A stretch of DNA of 63,462 nucleotides, counting the filler, from Reticulomyxa filosa (lineage: Eukaryota; Protista; Foraminifera): assembly GCA_000512085.1 (NCBI GenBank). It is 18 parts of 18 records of this genome, joined end to end, with 100 filler letters (N's around TTAATTAATTAA, not from the genome) between each part and the next. Parts side by side here need not be neighbours in the genome. Positions count along the whole stretch, not along the records: positions 12,922 to 17,446 come from ASPP01020865.1; positions 17,547 to 21,302 come from ASPP01033947.1; positions 21,403 to 22,631 come from ASPP01046039.1; positions 22,732 to 24,788 come from ASPP01029398.1; positions 24,889 to 26,735 come from ASPP01023560.1; 13 more parts are not named here. One strand, written 5' to 3'. The notes under the pieces were generated by a model, which was not told where the DNA came from, did not search any database, and saw only the letters and a program-made list of their open reading frames with translations. The position numbers were made by a program, and so were the translations under genes. Shown here in pieces: positions 12,922 to 26,506 of this stretch; the first letter of the stretch is position 1; each line of letters starts with the position of its first letter.

Positions 12922-14811
12922 TCTTCGTCGGAACACTTGAGCTGGTGTCGGATTGTCGGTGGACTTCCAAGCCAAGTTTTGCAAAGAAGGTTCAGTGCAA
13001 TACATCCATCCGTTTTTGTCATACTTATTTTCTTTGATGAGGTCATCCTCCGTGGTGTCTTCCAGCAGATCCGATTGACCCCCTACGCGATTTGTCAGTC
13101 GCGTACCATTTTCATTCACATTTTTACGACTGAGTTCTTTTTTACGAAAGGAAGTAGATCGCCGATGAGAATCTCGTTTTTTCTTTCAATTTACAAAAAA
13201 AAAAAAAAATAAAAATAATAATAATAAATACATATACAATACATGTACATGTACATGTACATGTACGTATACATATGTTTGAAAGAAAAGAACTGTTTGT
13301 GATTTGGCGTCTTCCGAGTCACTCGGCCCAGGAGAGGGAAGGGGTGACATAGACAGTGACTTCGCCACAGGTAACGTTGTGGCATTTGCAAAAAGCTGGA
13401 AAGATCTCAACCCATTCAATAGTGGATTATTCTCGCTGAAAATGGAACGCGCAGATTGAATATTTTCCAGTGACGGGGTTAAAATACTCCATCCTGTTCA
13501 AATGGTGGAAGCATTCCACACAGCACAAATATTCAAACAACACAAACACAATGTTTCTTGTTTGTCATTGTTAATCGTTGCCCCATCATGTGTCAAACCT
13601 TCGGTCCAAAGCCATTCTCCTTTGTTGTTTGACGGCGGTAATTGCACTTCTTGTGGTGATGCTATGCGTCTGTTTGTCAACACCACACAATATACATATA
13701 TGTATATATGTATATATATATATATATATATATGTAAGGATTATGCTTCGTCGTAAGGTGCATTACTTAATAGTTTATAAAAAAAAAAAAGATGAAAGAA
13801 AATTGGGAATATTAACAATGATAAAAATAAAAAAAAAATAAAAAATTGCAATGTCTGTATTTCTCAACAAAGGAAGCATATCGACAGAATGCCATAGAGT
13901 CTGGTAAGGTTGCCAACTGTCCGAATTTTCCTTGGTTTCAACTTCGAAAATGATATGTTCAAAAAAGGAGAGCTGGCTTTCCGCGCTACTTTCTTTTTCA
14001 ATTTTAAGCTGTTTGCCGTCCTTTTGGCTTGCTTCTTTCTCCTCCGCTTTCATGTTTGCGTTGTATTGTCTTACGTGTTTTCGCTTCCTTTATTTTTTAT
14101 GTATATTCCATAAATGTGTACGTTTTTTTTTTTTTTAGTCCCATGTCACATTACCTAATGTGACCCTCTCTACTTCCTACTTGGAGATATGGTAGTGTTG
14201 TGCTGTGTTTGTATTGTGTTTTTCTTCTCCTTTTGCTTTCTTCTTTCAATCTTGTCCCCTCCCCCTCGTTCTTACCTGACAAATTGACATTGGCTCAAAT
14301 CCGTTGTAAAGCTGTCCGATTCAAATCGTACTGCATAGGTCCATCCCTCTTCATCGGTTTTGTTTGCACTTTTATCGACCATCCAGTCGCCGCTCCACGC
14401 CATTCCTTCACTCAATTTGTAATCGCCCAAGTTTCTATTTGTCTCCACCACCAAATGTTTACACTTTTCACAAGCAATATGTTTGACTCTTATGTCAAGT
14501 ACACATTGATATGCGTAGATTAGTGTGTCATATGAAAAAAAGACAAACAACAATGAACCACTTCCCTCCTACTATGATCTCTTCTCTTTTCGAGAAAAAT
14601 TCACAAATAAAAACTCGTTTTATAACTCTAGACTGATGGTAGAAGTGGATGAATCTTTTTGATGTGGCTTGATGGCTTGATATGGAGGGGGATCGTTTGC
14701 TAAAAACGGTGCACGCCAAAAAAATGTTGATTTTCGCTGATATTCCATAACCTCCACAAAAAGTGCATCCGCCGTTTTTAGGGAACTTGTAGACTCAAGT
14801 GACAACGTCAT
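12922..14811 (-). CDS. Multi-exon protein with two DysF (ferlin/Pex23-type) domains, 3' truncated
   Basis: DysF motifs EVMEYQRK..FW, GMAWSGDWMVDK..TDEEGWTYA..FVR; second copy QLPP..GEWLWTEG|WS ... YDKNGWMY ... VFRRR at the contig edge. Confidence 0.7.
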
Positions 14812-15649
14812 TTTTCTTTTTTTCCCTTCCTCTCTCAAAGATCAACAACGCGAAAAAAAAATAATCCGTGAAAGGTGGATTTCTCCTTGAGGTTCTGTTG
14901 ACTTTGGCAGGTAACGTCTACTCAGTGTGCCTTTTTAAAAAGACACTAACCAAAACTTTGTTTTTAAAAAACTTTTTATTGCTGCAGAGTAGAGTAGGCG
15001 CTAAATCATTTTCTACTTCTCAAGCATTTAGCACTGAACTCAGTTTGTCATCAAACATAACTCACAAATCTTTGGAAAAGAGGTTTATTGACTTATATTT
15101 CTTGCTTACAAGTTTTTAATGAGAAAGAAATTACATGCGTCTAAAATTTTTTAAGATCATATATTTTCTTCAAACCGAGAAAAAAAGTTTCAAAATGACG
15201 TCGTAGCACACATCTCTCAGGAATAACAATTTTTTTGTTCGCTCATATCATATGCAGCAAATGTCTGAAACAAAACCTGATCAAAGTAGTGTTGAATCCG
15301 TTGCTCCTTCCGCTGTTCAACAAGTACTTTTTTTCTTGTGCAAACAGAACAAGTAAACATTTTTTGCAAGTAAATTATTGCTATATAACTCAAAGCCATG
15401 TGATGAAAAAAATGTAAATCACTTTGGCACCTTTTTGCATCACTCCAAAGTCACTCGTTCATTACTGAGAAAGCTACAAGTTAAGTTTTATCAACATGCG
15501 AGAAATTACGTCCTTAAACAAAAATGTTTGCAATTGTCTAGATATCTCACAAGAAGAAAGAAGCATTAAAGTTTTGTACTTTCTAAAAAAAATTGCTTTC
15601 TTTGACAACAATTCTATACGAAAAACTCTTTTTGCGTTTGTCTGATTAC

Positions 15650-17400
15650 ATCAGAAACAATGCACCAACAACGTTAGAGCCTCTGAAAGCATATACGATC
15701 ACGGCAATATTTGGCCGTGAGAATTTTGATGCAGCATCCTATCTTTGTGAGATAGCATCCGGGACGAACAGTATAGAGCGCTCCAAAGCTCGCCTAGATC
15801 AATGTGCAAGTTGCACATCTATGCATTTAAAAAATTTCATAAATGAACATTACCCCGATTTTGTACAGTGCTCAAGGCAACTTCATAGCATTGACCAAGA
15901 TATGTCAGATATTGCAAAAGTATTGAAAGGGGTGCAAAATGTTTTCGAGCTTCAACAAGCCATTCAATTTGATTTGTCTCTCCCAAGTTTGGAAATTAAC
16001 AAAAAAAAAAAAAGATGATTGAAATCTAAGCTAACTTACAAAAATACAAAAAAATAGATAAAAACACAGACATCAGCGGCAATAAAAGTGAAACGTCATC
16101 AACTATTTTGACAGATACAGGGTTACAAGACGTAGATAATGAAACCATCCTTGAGCATCTTGAAATGAGCCCTTGGCACATTTTAGAGGACATCAATATG
16201 CTCATTTGCGAACAGAAATGGGCTGAGTCAATCGCGTTGCTGTTAGTTCTCGAAAGCGACATATCCCGTCCAAAAACGTATCAGAGAGAGATTCATCCAA
16301 AACATGTGAAAACCATCGAACAACAAATCTCCCAGTTAAAATCGCGGCTATTTAACGAATGCTCTCGACAATTGACAGTTGGGGGAGAAAAAAAAAATTC
16401 AATTGAATTCTTTTAAAAACAAAGTGTTCAAAGTTTTAGCCCAATATTTTTAAATAAAAGGCTCAGGCTTTAAGAAAAGTGGACCGGAGACGCCTTACAA
16501 CATTTCTACTGCAATTAGGTGAAGCTTATTATAACAGAGGAATTAACACATACTTTCAAGTTTGTGGTACCGACATTTATGCAGCAATTCGACGGATTCG
16601 ATTTCGTGGTGATTTGAAACACTATGTATTTGATCTGACAAAAGTAGTTTGCGGTAATATTTCCGAAATCGCAATTGAATATCTCTCTATTTTGAAAGAG
16701 TCAATTGTCTTGAAAAAAAAAGATTTCGATTTGCACAAGTTTATTCGATGCTCACGAGCACAAAGCTTTGCCATTGACAATAGCGAATTTGCAGAATATA
16801 CGCAAATTATTTGTGAAGAGAAAATAAAAGAAGACAAACAACAAGAGACCAATAAGGATAATGTTTTGCAACAGCAAATTTACCACAATGTGACATCCGC
16901 ACTTATTCTTTTCACATTTGATCAAATTAAACAGTATATGCAGTACTTTAGTACTCACATATTTTCTTCACGTGTTCCTTTTCCTAAAATGGTCGACTGT
17001 TTACAACTATGCTTCACTGGGTTTCAAAAGTTGGAAACTATTGGCATTGATGTTTGTATGCATTTAATTCATCATCTGCAATCGGCAATGGTTTGTTTTT
17101 ATTTGAAAAGTTAGAACACTTATTTAAAATAAAAAACGGTTATGCTTTGCAACATAGAAAAATATCCTAAGAGAAAATCAAAATAAAAAAGTAGAAAAAA
17201 TGGCCAAGGTAATTGCTTTGGACAATTGGAAATCAAAAATTGTTGTGTTTAATCAAACTAATAAGAGTGGAATAAATCATACCGTTGCCTTGAATGGCCT
17301 CAAAAAAGAAAATACATTGGAAAACTCTCCATTCATCCTATTGCCCAATGATGGGATCTCAATTGGGATAACTAAAGCCCCAAGTTAAAAAAATGTTTTA
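15650..17400 (+). CDS. EXO84: Exocyst component Exo84 (EXOC8), multi-exon; start codon and 3' end unresolved
   Basis: Vps51-type N-terminus NFDAASYL...LKNFINEHYPDFVQCSRQLHSIDQDM; Exo84 C-terminal motifs LEDINMLICEQKWAESIALL and LLQLG...AIRRIRFRGDLKHYVFDL. Confidence 0.75.
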
Positions 17401-19699
17401 AAATCCAAAAAGGTTGTGGTTGTTACTGAAGCCCCTTTAAGGTCACNNNNNNNNNNNNNNNNNNNNNNNNNNNNNNNNNNNNNNNNNNNNTTAATTAATT
17501 AANNNNNNNNNNNNNNNNNNNNNNNNNNNNNNNNNNNNNNNNNNNNTGTGTCTGCTGTCGAATACGAACGTTATATTGTGTTTACAATCGCTGCCAACTA
17601 CCATCATTTGTATTATTATAACTCAACTTTCTATTATTTCTTTAAAAAAAGCTATTTGAAAAATCTTGAGAATCTGATCGTAATATCAATTCATTCACAA
17701 ATAGCTTCAAATTGCGCAAGGGCTGATTGTGTTTTTTTCATAAAAATTACAATCACGAGCATTGTCACAGTGTTTCTATCAACGTTGTTTGTTTGATGAA
17801 TGAGTCTTATATTACATATGTAATATATATATGTAACTATGTTGACATAATCTTTTTTGAGATAAAAAAGAGTTGTCATTTAATCTGTCAATAACTATCA
17901 ATGGAAATAGTCGAACAACTCTTTTAGACTTGGCCTTAACAATGCCCATTATTAATACGTTAGAGTATCTTTCTTTGCCAAGTCATTTCATCTTTAATAT
18001 TTCCAATACACTTTTCCAAAGATGATGTTTCCACTTGATACTCACATACTAGTTTCTTTTTCCCAAGTTCAAAGCCACTATCTCTTTTATCTTTCATCTT
18101 TTGACCGGAATGATTCTAACTTTTGGTCCTAAGCAATTTTTTTTTGTTTCCATCTTATAGAAGTTAGTCAAAAAAAAAAAGATCAAGTTACAAATTTTTA
18201 TTTCATCATTCATAAATATTATAAATATAAATATAAATATAAGATAAAGATAAATTTGTAATGTCAGCTATATTAAGCTTCTTTCTTCTTTTTATAGAAT
18301 TGAAAGATACAGCGTCTTCTTTAAATAGATTTATTTAAATGCGTATATTGATTAGTCAGCAGAAACAAGCCATACGTAGCATTTTATATTTAAGTTTATT
18401 ATTATTATTTATATTTGATTATGATAAAAGTGTTGTCTTAATATACAAAAGAAAGAAATCACACAAATATACATACACATATACTTGAGCAGTGTCTTTT
18501 GATAGAAAAGAATATAATTGATTAATTTGGTTCAAAAAGCAAAGCTGGAAATTTTGACAAAAACAAAATGATCATAAATATAAATTTACTTCAAAATACA
18601 AAAGCGTTGGAGATGAAAAATATAATTCAACAGTTCGCATTTCAAGGTGTGGATATGGCTGCTCATCATTCATTCGATCATAGTGGTTCATAACATAGAC
18701 AGCAAAGTGTTCTCCTCCATTAATCCTGGTTGCTTTTGTGCTCGATTTCGATTGCAATTTTAGATGTTAATTTTTTTTTTATAGTTCCTCTTCTTCGACT
18801 TTTCCGTTTTTATGGTGTTCGTCGGTATGAGCCTCTTAGCTTTTTCATCTTCTCAATGTTGTGCAATCACACGTTGTTGTTGCCATTCTTGTAACCACTG
18901 TCCTTTGACGGCTTCATTAGAAGTAGACGTGCCTCCGACTTGATCTCGTCCAGACCTCTCCCCTTCCATTCGTGCTCATCTTTGAGTGATACAACGAGGA
19001 GTTGTCCAGGTTGGAATGGGACACACTGTTGCTCTTGTTGTTGGCATTGTTATTGTTGTTGATATTGTTATTGTTATTGCTCGTTGTCAGCTTGTTCATG
19101 TTTTTGTCCATCTTCTCGTTTTTTTCAATACCTTCTTTTGGTGTTGTCACTGCTATTATAAACGCAGAGTCGGCTTGTTGCACGTTGCCACTTTTCAGAG
19201 AACTTGTCACACTTTTCTTACTTTGACAGCTTTTGCGTGTTAAAACCTTCTTTTTCTGATGTTTCGACGGTTGATTGGGCCTCTATTTGACAAAGAATGC
19301 AAACATAATCTACAGAGAGATTTGTTGGGTTCCTTGCTCCTTGAGAAAGTATTGTTATCATTATTATTTTAATGTAATGCTTTTAATCAATGGATAAATC
19401 TTTGTTTCGTTCAAGCTTAGGAAATATGTGAAAGATAATTATTTATTTGATCAACACACACACAAATTTTTTATCACTAAATTATTCAATAAAATTAATA
19501 TTTTTAAATTTGACGATTATTATCAGCACTACTTCAAACAAAAGATCACTGTAATATGCATATTCACTACCATATTTACAACTTTAGCAAAATTTATATC
19601 AATGATTTGTGAAAATGCAACATATTCCATTTGGATTGAAACATTTAAAGCAGTATTTATTTCTATTTATCAAATACTTTAATGGAGTCGATTTTTGTG

Positions 19700-21080
19700 G
19701 AGGACGTGTGCAATAGACTAAAGATTAATCATTTGTTTTCCAGCGCGCTGGTAAAAATATTCAATCAACATTTCTCATAAAAAAGCGGATGTGCTTCGCT
19801 TATCACATAACAAAGATGTTGCATTGATGATATTGATATTGTTGATTCACTTTCTCTTCCAAAGCCTTCATACATTGCACCAAACACCAAAACACTTTTC
19901 ACCAATGTTTGGAATCATTGATAAAATCATGTGATCACACAAATATACACTTGATTACTTTGACCGGAATTTTTATCATACCATTAAACTATTGACAACA
20001 CACAATACATATGATTACATACATACGTATACATAAACATTTATGTACATCACAAAAATATTTAATCATGAAAAGAATTACAAAAACAAACCAAATAAAG
20101 TTGTGTTGATCTTTCGAAGATTGTTTCATCCAATAATGATGACGATTATGCTGATGAGATAGATGTGAATAATAAATGGAATTTGTGAGAGATTTTAGTA
20201 ATTTGTTTGATGATGAAGATTGAGCATGTGAAATGCTTGGCTTGGATTTGATTGGAGATTTGCTTTCAATCAATATCACTGGATGTATCCCTTCATTTGT
20301 GTTGACATCATCTGATGCTTCATTTTCTTTAAAATCTCTTCAATTTTATCATTTCGATATAGTACTCTTTGTTCGATGAAACCCATTTCTGAGCTCTGTT
20401 CCATCGTATGATCTACTTCTTGTCGTTTCGATTTTTTGTCATACCATTAAGCTATCTACAACATACATACATATGTATATGTAAACATTGCATAAATCAT
20501 AAAATATCTAATTATGAAAATAATTACAAAAATAAACCAAAGCAAGTCGGATCGATATTTCATAGATTGTTCAATACATTGAAATTATTCTTGGGTATCA
20601 ATATCATTGATTTGCTTCCACGATTTCATTGCAGAATTATAATAATAATAATTGCCATCATATTCTTCCACTTATTCATCGTTATCATCACCATTGTCGT
20701 CGTGGTCTAATTCGTCTGGTTGTGTGAAGTTACCATGAAACGCCACAAATTCAAAATCAAATCTTTGAATGAAGTGCGACAAACTGTCACCCGATAATGA
20801 TAATTATGATTAGAAAGAGGATATAGATTTGAATGATGAAATATTGTCGATTTGATTGATGGATTTACCACATCATTACACTTGCATTTGCGCTGGCGTT
20901 GGCATTAGCATTATCTGATGACTCAATTTTTCTATTGTGGATAATATCTGAATTTCTTCCAGTTGTTTAATCAATTATATCTATATTTCTATTTGCAATT
21001 CCCCATATCTTTTATCTTCATTGTCTGTTTGGGTGTGAATAGAGTTTCTTGGACTTGTTCTTCTTTCCACACTGCATATG
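19700..21080 (-). pseudogene. Decayed multi-exon gene of unknown family
   Basis: Coding-like segments (HFIQRFDFEFVAFHGNFTQPDELD; WYDKKSKRQEVD..RVLYRNDKIEEIL) with several in-frame TAA stops, a frameshift and intact-looking introns. Confidence 0.35.
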
Positions 21081-22731
21081 ATAAAAACGACAATACTCTT
21101 TCACGAAACAGCAGCTTAAGAAACTATATTACATTATTATTATTATTTTAAATTTACACATACCAAGTAAACTGGATCATATCTTATTTTTTTTAATAAT
21201 ATTTTTTAAATAACAAAAACAAAAAATATATAACTTGCAAGTCATAAAGTTTAGAGCAATGAGAATTTTCTTATTTTTTTATATATTATTAATTTTTAAA
21301 TANNNNNNNNNNNNNNNNNNNNNNNNNNNNNNNNNNNNNNNNNNNNTTAATTAATTAANNNNNNNNNNNNNNNNNNNNNNNNNNNNNNNNNNNNNNNNNN
21401 NNTGTCGATGATAATTTTTTTATAATCTATTTTTGATTTAAAAAGAGTGTAATTCTGAGACAATATTACTTCTTTTTAAAAAGATCAATTTTTTTCATGT
21501 CATCCCCCTTTTGAAAAATTGAACAACTTGAATATTTTGTATTATTTTAATTTTTTTTCAATTTAACAAACGATAATTAAAAATAAAGAAAAACAAACAC
21601 CTGTCTTGAATGGCGAAAATGAAAAAGTAATATTTTTTTTTATTTTATCATGCTTTCATAATACATCGTAGTAAATGAAGTATGATGAATCAATTGAATT
21701 TTTTGAACACTTTTGGTATAAAATGACTAACATATTGCTTTGAGGAAAGGCTGTAACTGGCATTACACAGATTCCGATGCAGCAATGTGGTTTGCAGTTA
21801 TGAAAATAATTTTAATTGCAATTTCAGTTACTTGTTTTTCTTTTATTGTCTTCAGTGAGACTACTCATATTGATATTAGAAAAAGTAAATGCAATCATTT
21901 CGTTGACTAGTTTCAAAACTTTAAAAACATTATTTTTACACGCAATTTTACAACTTTCTTTTTAAAATTGATTTAAAAAACAAAAACAATTATTAAGAAA
22001 TGTGTCATGAATATGCTTCGCTTTGAACCTGCATTAATTCTGAGTGAATTATATTCATTATGAATTTAAAAAAGGATAGTTTTGATGTAATTAACAATAT
22101 TATTAAAAATAAGAAAACAAAGATTTTTAAAGAATTATGTTTTGAATGTATATGTTAATAATAATGATCAATTTTTTGTTTTTTGCAGGTTTACAAAATA
22201 ATGGGACAATAAAAACAAATTTATTGTTTAAAAAAACTAATGTACAATTTTGGATATGTTAATTTTAATGTTTTACATATAATAAAGCAATTGTATCGAA
22301 TGCTATCAATTCCATGTGGGACAATAGAAAAGTTTCCAAATAACATGGCTTTGCGGAAAATGGAGAAGTTGAGTTTTAAATAAACCATTGACGGTGTATT
22401 AATAACGAATAAAAAATTAAAATGCAAGGAAAAAATACTTCATTAAATAAGTTAAAAATTGTGATTTCATATATACACTATGCTGCTTTGAATAAAATAG
22501 GTATTATAATCAAGCCAAGTTATTTGTGAAAAGAACATCAGCATTTCTGTGTCATTGATACAACATAAATGTTATGTCTAAGAGATATTTGAGAGGAAGA
22601 GATCGTTGCATATCAACATATTAAATATTTANNNNNNNNNNNNNNNNNNNNNNNNNNNNNNNNNNNNNNNNNNNNTTAATTAATTAANNNNNNNNNNNNN
22701 NNNNNNNNNNNNNNNNNNNNNNNNNNNNNNN

Positions 22732-24788
22732 GCACACATCAGAGAAAGAATTATATGCTTTGGTATATGCAATACAAAAATGGAGACATTACTTACTTCT
22801 TCGGAAATTCATTGCATATACCGATCACAAAAATTTGTCATCACTCTTCAAACTATCCGGAAAGCACGCAAATAGTCGATTATCTCGATGGGCATTATTA
22901 TTGAGCGAATTTTCATTTGAAGCCAGATATTTTCCGGGACGGGATAATACAATTGCGGACTTCTTATCTAGACATCCGACATCATTGACAACAAATAAAT
23001 TGTTGGTAATCAATCGATCAAATAGTGTGCATAACAATAGTAAAAATATCGATGATACCATATCACAGATTCAAAATGCATTTATTGTTAGCAGTGAGAT
23101 CCACGATTATGATGATCTGTTTGAAAAACATAATTTTATTGACGCACAAGAGAATGATAGCTTGATCGCATCTATAAAAAGATATTTCAATAATCAAAAC
23201 AAGCATATACAAACGTATGTTAACTTACCTGTCAAATGGAAACAAGCAATCAAACAAAATAAAATTGGTTTGAATAAAATGGGCATCTTAACATATGACA
23301 ATAAACCTATCGTTCCACAGTCAATTAAGAATTCTGTAATGCTGTATTTCCATTGCCATGCATTAGCCCAGCACCAAGGAGCGCAAAGAATGGCTGCGAC
23401 AATCAGAGAACGTTTGTATTGGCCGGGATTGAGTGACGATGTAAAGATATTTTGCTCCCGCTGTTTCACTTGTCAAACAGCAAAGAGTGTACCCAATAAG
23501 AATTTGGGAGAAGTCCAACATTTCCCCGCGGAGAGACCATTTCAAATGGTATGCATTGATATTGTAGGTCCATTGCCACATACCAAGAGTGGATATCAAT
23601 ATATACTCACTATAATGGATCGCTTCACACGCTATGTATCTGCCATTCCACTTAAAACGAATACGGCGATTGAAGTAACACTTGCTTTCGTGAACGAGTG
23701 GATATATAAACATGGAACCCCAGCGACAATCCTATCAGACAATGGCACACAATTCACATGCAGAATAGCAGACACTATGTCGAAAATGATGAAAATAAAA
23801 CATTTGTTCACATCGTCATATCATCCTCAAACAAATGGAATGATTGAGAGATTTCATCGTTACCTAAAGGAACGTTTGGTTACCATTTGCGTTGATCGTG
23901 ACTTGGACTTTACAGAATGCAGTGACTGGTCCATATTTCTACCGGCAATTGCGACGTCGTACAATATCTCTCCAAACAAAATGTCGAATTTGAGTCCCCA
24001 CGAATTGGTATATGGGCAAAAATTCAATTTAACAGTTGATGTCCAACTGAATTTATCGAAAGAAGGATTTGCTAACAAGCCTGAAACTTTGTACAAGTAC
24101 AAGCGTACTTTGCAAAAACAGCTAACGATTATACGATAGAAAGCATTATTGATGCAGAAAACATACGATTCAAAGCGAAAGATATTTGAAAATAAGAATA
24201 AATTCAAAGATAATTTCTCAGTAGGTGATTCAGTGTTATTGTTTGTTGGTGATCAAAGAGTTGGAAATAAAGCAAAGCTTTTACCAAAATTTGTCGGTCC
24301 ATACACTATCATTCAACGACTTGGACCAGTGACATTGAAAATCGAAAGTGAACAAGGTTTTCAAAAAATTGTCCACGTATCAAAAGTAAGAACATTAAAC
24401 ACTGAGGACAACACACTAGAAAAAGATGACAAAGAACATGCAAGCGAAGATGTTCCACACTTAGAGACTATTGATTCATCGTCTCCGCCGTTGGAGAACT
24501 TGAATGCTTCACCGTCGTCTTTGGAGGACTCGAAAGTAACACCGTCGTCTTTGGAGGATTCGAAAGTAACACTGTCGCTTTGGAGGACTCGAAAGTAACA
24601 CCGTCGTCTTTGGAGGACTCGAAAGTAACACGGCCATCATTGGAAAACTTGGACACATCACCTCCACCATTGGAAAGCTTGAGTGCATCATCCCAGTCAT
24701 TGAAGAACTCGAGCGCGTTACCTCCACCATTGGAATCTTGGAATAACCTTGAGAAAGTGGTAACAGTAGAACGAACAGGAGTCATGCA
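22732..24788 (+). mobile_element. Ty3/Gypsy LTR retrotransposon pol fragment (RNase H end, HHCC zinc finger, integrase core, GPY/F motif)
   Basis: EKELYALVYAIQKWRHYL..TDHKNL..RLSRWALLLSEF..NTIADFLSR; HCH..HQG..CFTC; CIDIVGPLP, SDNGTQF, YHPQTNGMIERF; after TAG 24137-24139 the same frame continues FSVGDSVL..KLLPKFVGPYTI. RNase H before integrase is the Gypsy order. Confidence 0.95.
24482..24750 (+). repeat. Nine-unit 30-bp coding tandem repeat (core CCGTCGTCTTTGGAGGACTCGAAAGTAACA = PSSLEDSKVT)
   Basis: Units start at 24482, 24512, 24542, 24572 (29 nt), 24601, 24631, 24661, 24691, 24721; the four central units are near-identical. Confidence 0.9.
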
Positions 24789-24888
24789 NNNNNNNNNNNN
24801 NNNNNNNNNNNNNNNNNNNNNNNNNNNNNNNNTTAATTAATTAANNNNNNNNNNNNNNNNNNNNNNNNNNNNNNNNNNNNNNNNNNNN

Positions 24889-25872
24889 GTGAGTGGGTTG
24901 CCGCGGGGAGGAGGAGGAGGAGGAGGTATCATAATCAATGCTATTGTCATCATGGTCATCACTGTGAGTAGCAGGTACAATACTTCCGTGTGCATTGGCG
25001 GCGGCGGCGGCGGCGACAACAACAACTTGAACTTTTTTCATTTGTCTCGCAAAGCACTCAAAGAATTGTTGAAACACAAACCCATCTCCATTCATTCGTC
25101 GAATGTCCATTACTGATTTCCATCGCTGCGTGGATTCCACCACATTGTCGTCATTGCTATCGCCATCATTTTTCACGGTGTTTGCATCTGCATGGGTATT
25201 AACATTGAATATACAATTACTATTACGATTATGATTATAATTACTGCTATTTGTATCAACATCATCCCCAATAGCAGAAGCAGCAGTAATAGTAGTAGCA
25301 GTGGTATTTGGAGGAATAAGTATTCGAGCAAGTGATATTACAAATGAACAAGATCCATTTCTTCCAAATACTCGTCCATGTATGCTGTCTCGAGCTTCGT
25401 TTATTATGTAGTCAATCATGTCTTTGTCTTCCATCGCTTTCAATGCGGCTTCGATTGCTTGTTGGATCGCGGATATTGGCTTGCTTGTGTTAAGCTCCAA
25501 ATAGTTCAATGGCGACAAAGGCTCGTTCCATATTGCCAATATGCTATACTCGTCTGACACTCGTGCGTTACGCTTTATCACACAGCTCTCATACTTCTTG
25601 CTTGTCTCCGTGCTCAGTCGCTGCTTTTCTCCTTCCTCCGTCGTCGTCCATCCTTGATACTGCTGGCTGTGCTTCTTTAACTTCTGCTCAAAACTATGCT
25701 CGCTGGTCTTGCTCATCGGAACTACACTTCGGTATTGCGAACTATATGCCAATGCTTCTTCAGATATATACTCGATTGAAGGTAAGCAAATTCGATGTCC
25801 TCCAGAACAGGACGTATGACTCCCGAACAATGTACTGACACTCTTTCCGGCTGTTGTGCTCAAGCTGCGCAT
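24889..25872 (-). CDS. Hypothetical protein with a possible KA1-like (kinase-associated) domain, 3' truncated
   Basis: Long ORF; ELNTSKPISAIQQAIEAALKAM and VMDIRRMNGDGFVFQQFFECF resemble Chk1/CIPK/MARK C-terminal KA1 motifs. Confidence 0.6.
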
Positions 25873-26506
25873 GTCTCAAAATTGGTTGTTTTTTTTTTAC
25901 TGAAATCAAATGTTGTGAAATAAATGATAAAAAAAAAAAAAGAATCGAAGAAACTACAAATAAGAAATTTCTTTGGGAAAAAAAAAAAGGAGTCAAAAGT
26001 GAACGACGAAGAGCTCGTTCAAAGGGGTACATACACAAGCCACTATTTAGCACCGTGTTGTGCCCAGAACTATTATCTGTTGAACAAAAATAGACAAAGT
26101 TAAAAAAATATGAATGCACTTTTAAAACTAAGTGATTAGTGCATGTAACAAAAATAGTAAGAAAACAAAGTATAAAAAGATGATCAAGGTAGCAAGTGAG
26201 CAAAATCTTGTAAAGCCATGATTTTACACAGTGGTTAATTGCAAGAACTAGTTAGTTATAATTTTGCCCTCCCCCCTCCCTTGTGAGAGGTAGAGACAGA
26301 AAACATGCTTTAAGAGTGTGGACAACACCAACAATAACAATGTATGAACATTTTATTTTAAGTTGATCAAGAAAGCAGCAAAAATGCAAAAAAAAAAACA
26401 ACAACAACAACAATTGTAACACATTGGAGTGTACCATTGAGCTACAAAGTAAGTGATGTACGTTCCCTCCCTCCCTCCTTCCCTCTCTGCAAGAAAAAGC
26501 AACGAC

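Noticed and set aside
19700-21080. TAA/TAG read as Gln (ciliate-type code) explaining the in-frame stops
   Set aside because: Frameshifts accompany the stops, and intact genes end in TAA, TAG and TGA; pseudogene decay is simpler.
21403-22631. Short ORFs in AT-rich stretches (also 26836-28500, 51050-52880, 62400-63462)
   Set aside because: No recognisable motifs or consistent exon structure; treated as intergenic or too decayed to call.
24482-24750. 30-bp repeat as a CRISPR array
   Set aside because: Units are contiguous with no spacers, in frame within a Gypsy pol gene.
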